Source: Atractiella rhizophila (taxonomy: Eukaryota). From it: a stretch of 64,000 nt of DNA. The first letter of the stretch is position 1, and each line of letters starts with the position of its first letter. The DNA lies in assembly GCA_021432655.1 (NCBI GenBank), contig MU271274.1, forward strand, positions 1-64,000, given 5' to 3'. A program made the position numbers and the translations under genes. Below, piece by piece: positions 63,801-64,000 of the stretch. The notes beneath the pieces are model-generated. The model worked only from the letters and a program-made list of their open reading frames with translations. It made no database searches and was not told where the DNA came from.

Positions 63801-64000
63801 TCAAATTGGAGGGAGCGATGGTCGACAACAAGTGCCTGTGAGCAGCCCGCACACTCTGCCCTTAGCGTCGATGACGCCCGAGCCCGAGTCGCCCTTGGCT
63901 GAGAAAGGGCCTGACTTGGAACTGCGCGGAAGGACTGCTATCTCTTTGGACATGGCGCCAGGCTTACCTTTAGAGTAGAGGCGCGTGAAGGCGCGGATCG
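63801..64000 (-). CDS. 3' end of second protease-like copy (continues beyond window)
   Basis: MSKEIAVLPRSSKSGPFSAKGDSGSGVIDAKGRVCGLLTG in one frame; native C-terminus deleted, new TGA at 63801-63803. Confidence 0.6.
   Translation of the reverse strand, partial: IRAFTRLYSKGKPGAMSKEIAVLPRSSKSGPFSAKGDSGSGVIDAKGRVCGLLTGTCCRPSLPPI

Larger units (their letters stand above)
57034..64000. repeat. Tandem segmental duplication: unit 1 57034-60519, unit 2 from 60550 past the window end
   Basis: Colinear similarity of esterase 5' half, promoter, spacer and protease 3' end; unit 2 carries a copia insertion and deletions. Confidence 0.92.

Overview
A gene-dense, intron-rich fungal chromosome segment (basidiomycete-like: short GT-AG introns of about 45-90 nt, CTRAC/CTAAC branch sites). 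About 25 protein-coding loci can be assembled from the fragmented ORF track: separase, a large forkhead factor, Spc98/GCP3, a Zn2Cys6 factor, an N-terminally extended Ipa1/UBE3D homolog, type II dehydroquinase, CE12 esterase, an Old Yellow Enzyme, a divergent H2A/H2B pair, a RING-H2 ligase, GH18 chitinase x2, coactosin, an MP88-like mannoprotein, a GFA protein, a membrane protein, UGGT, a Dcr2-like phosphatase and HSL-family esterases x3. No rRNA, tRNA or CRISPR was seen. Highlights: (1) two small genes 15 kb apart share a WL-x2-Q-x-CPCGRF...KRP..I..H-x3-C motif, a putative zinc-binding family I do not recognise, one member being visible only after splicing; (2) a ~2 kb tandem chitinase duplication leaves both copies without an evident promoter and abuts a 5'-truncated coactosin; (3) a ~3.5 kb tandem duplication joined by an A30 tract creates an in-frame esterase-polyPhe-protease chimera and carries a GC-rich intronless trypsin-fold protease; (4) an internally deleted copia element with TSD whose empty site lies in the paralogous unit. 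Both duplications could be haplotype/assembly artefacts and need long-read confirmation. All calls are from manual motif reading; no database search was run.
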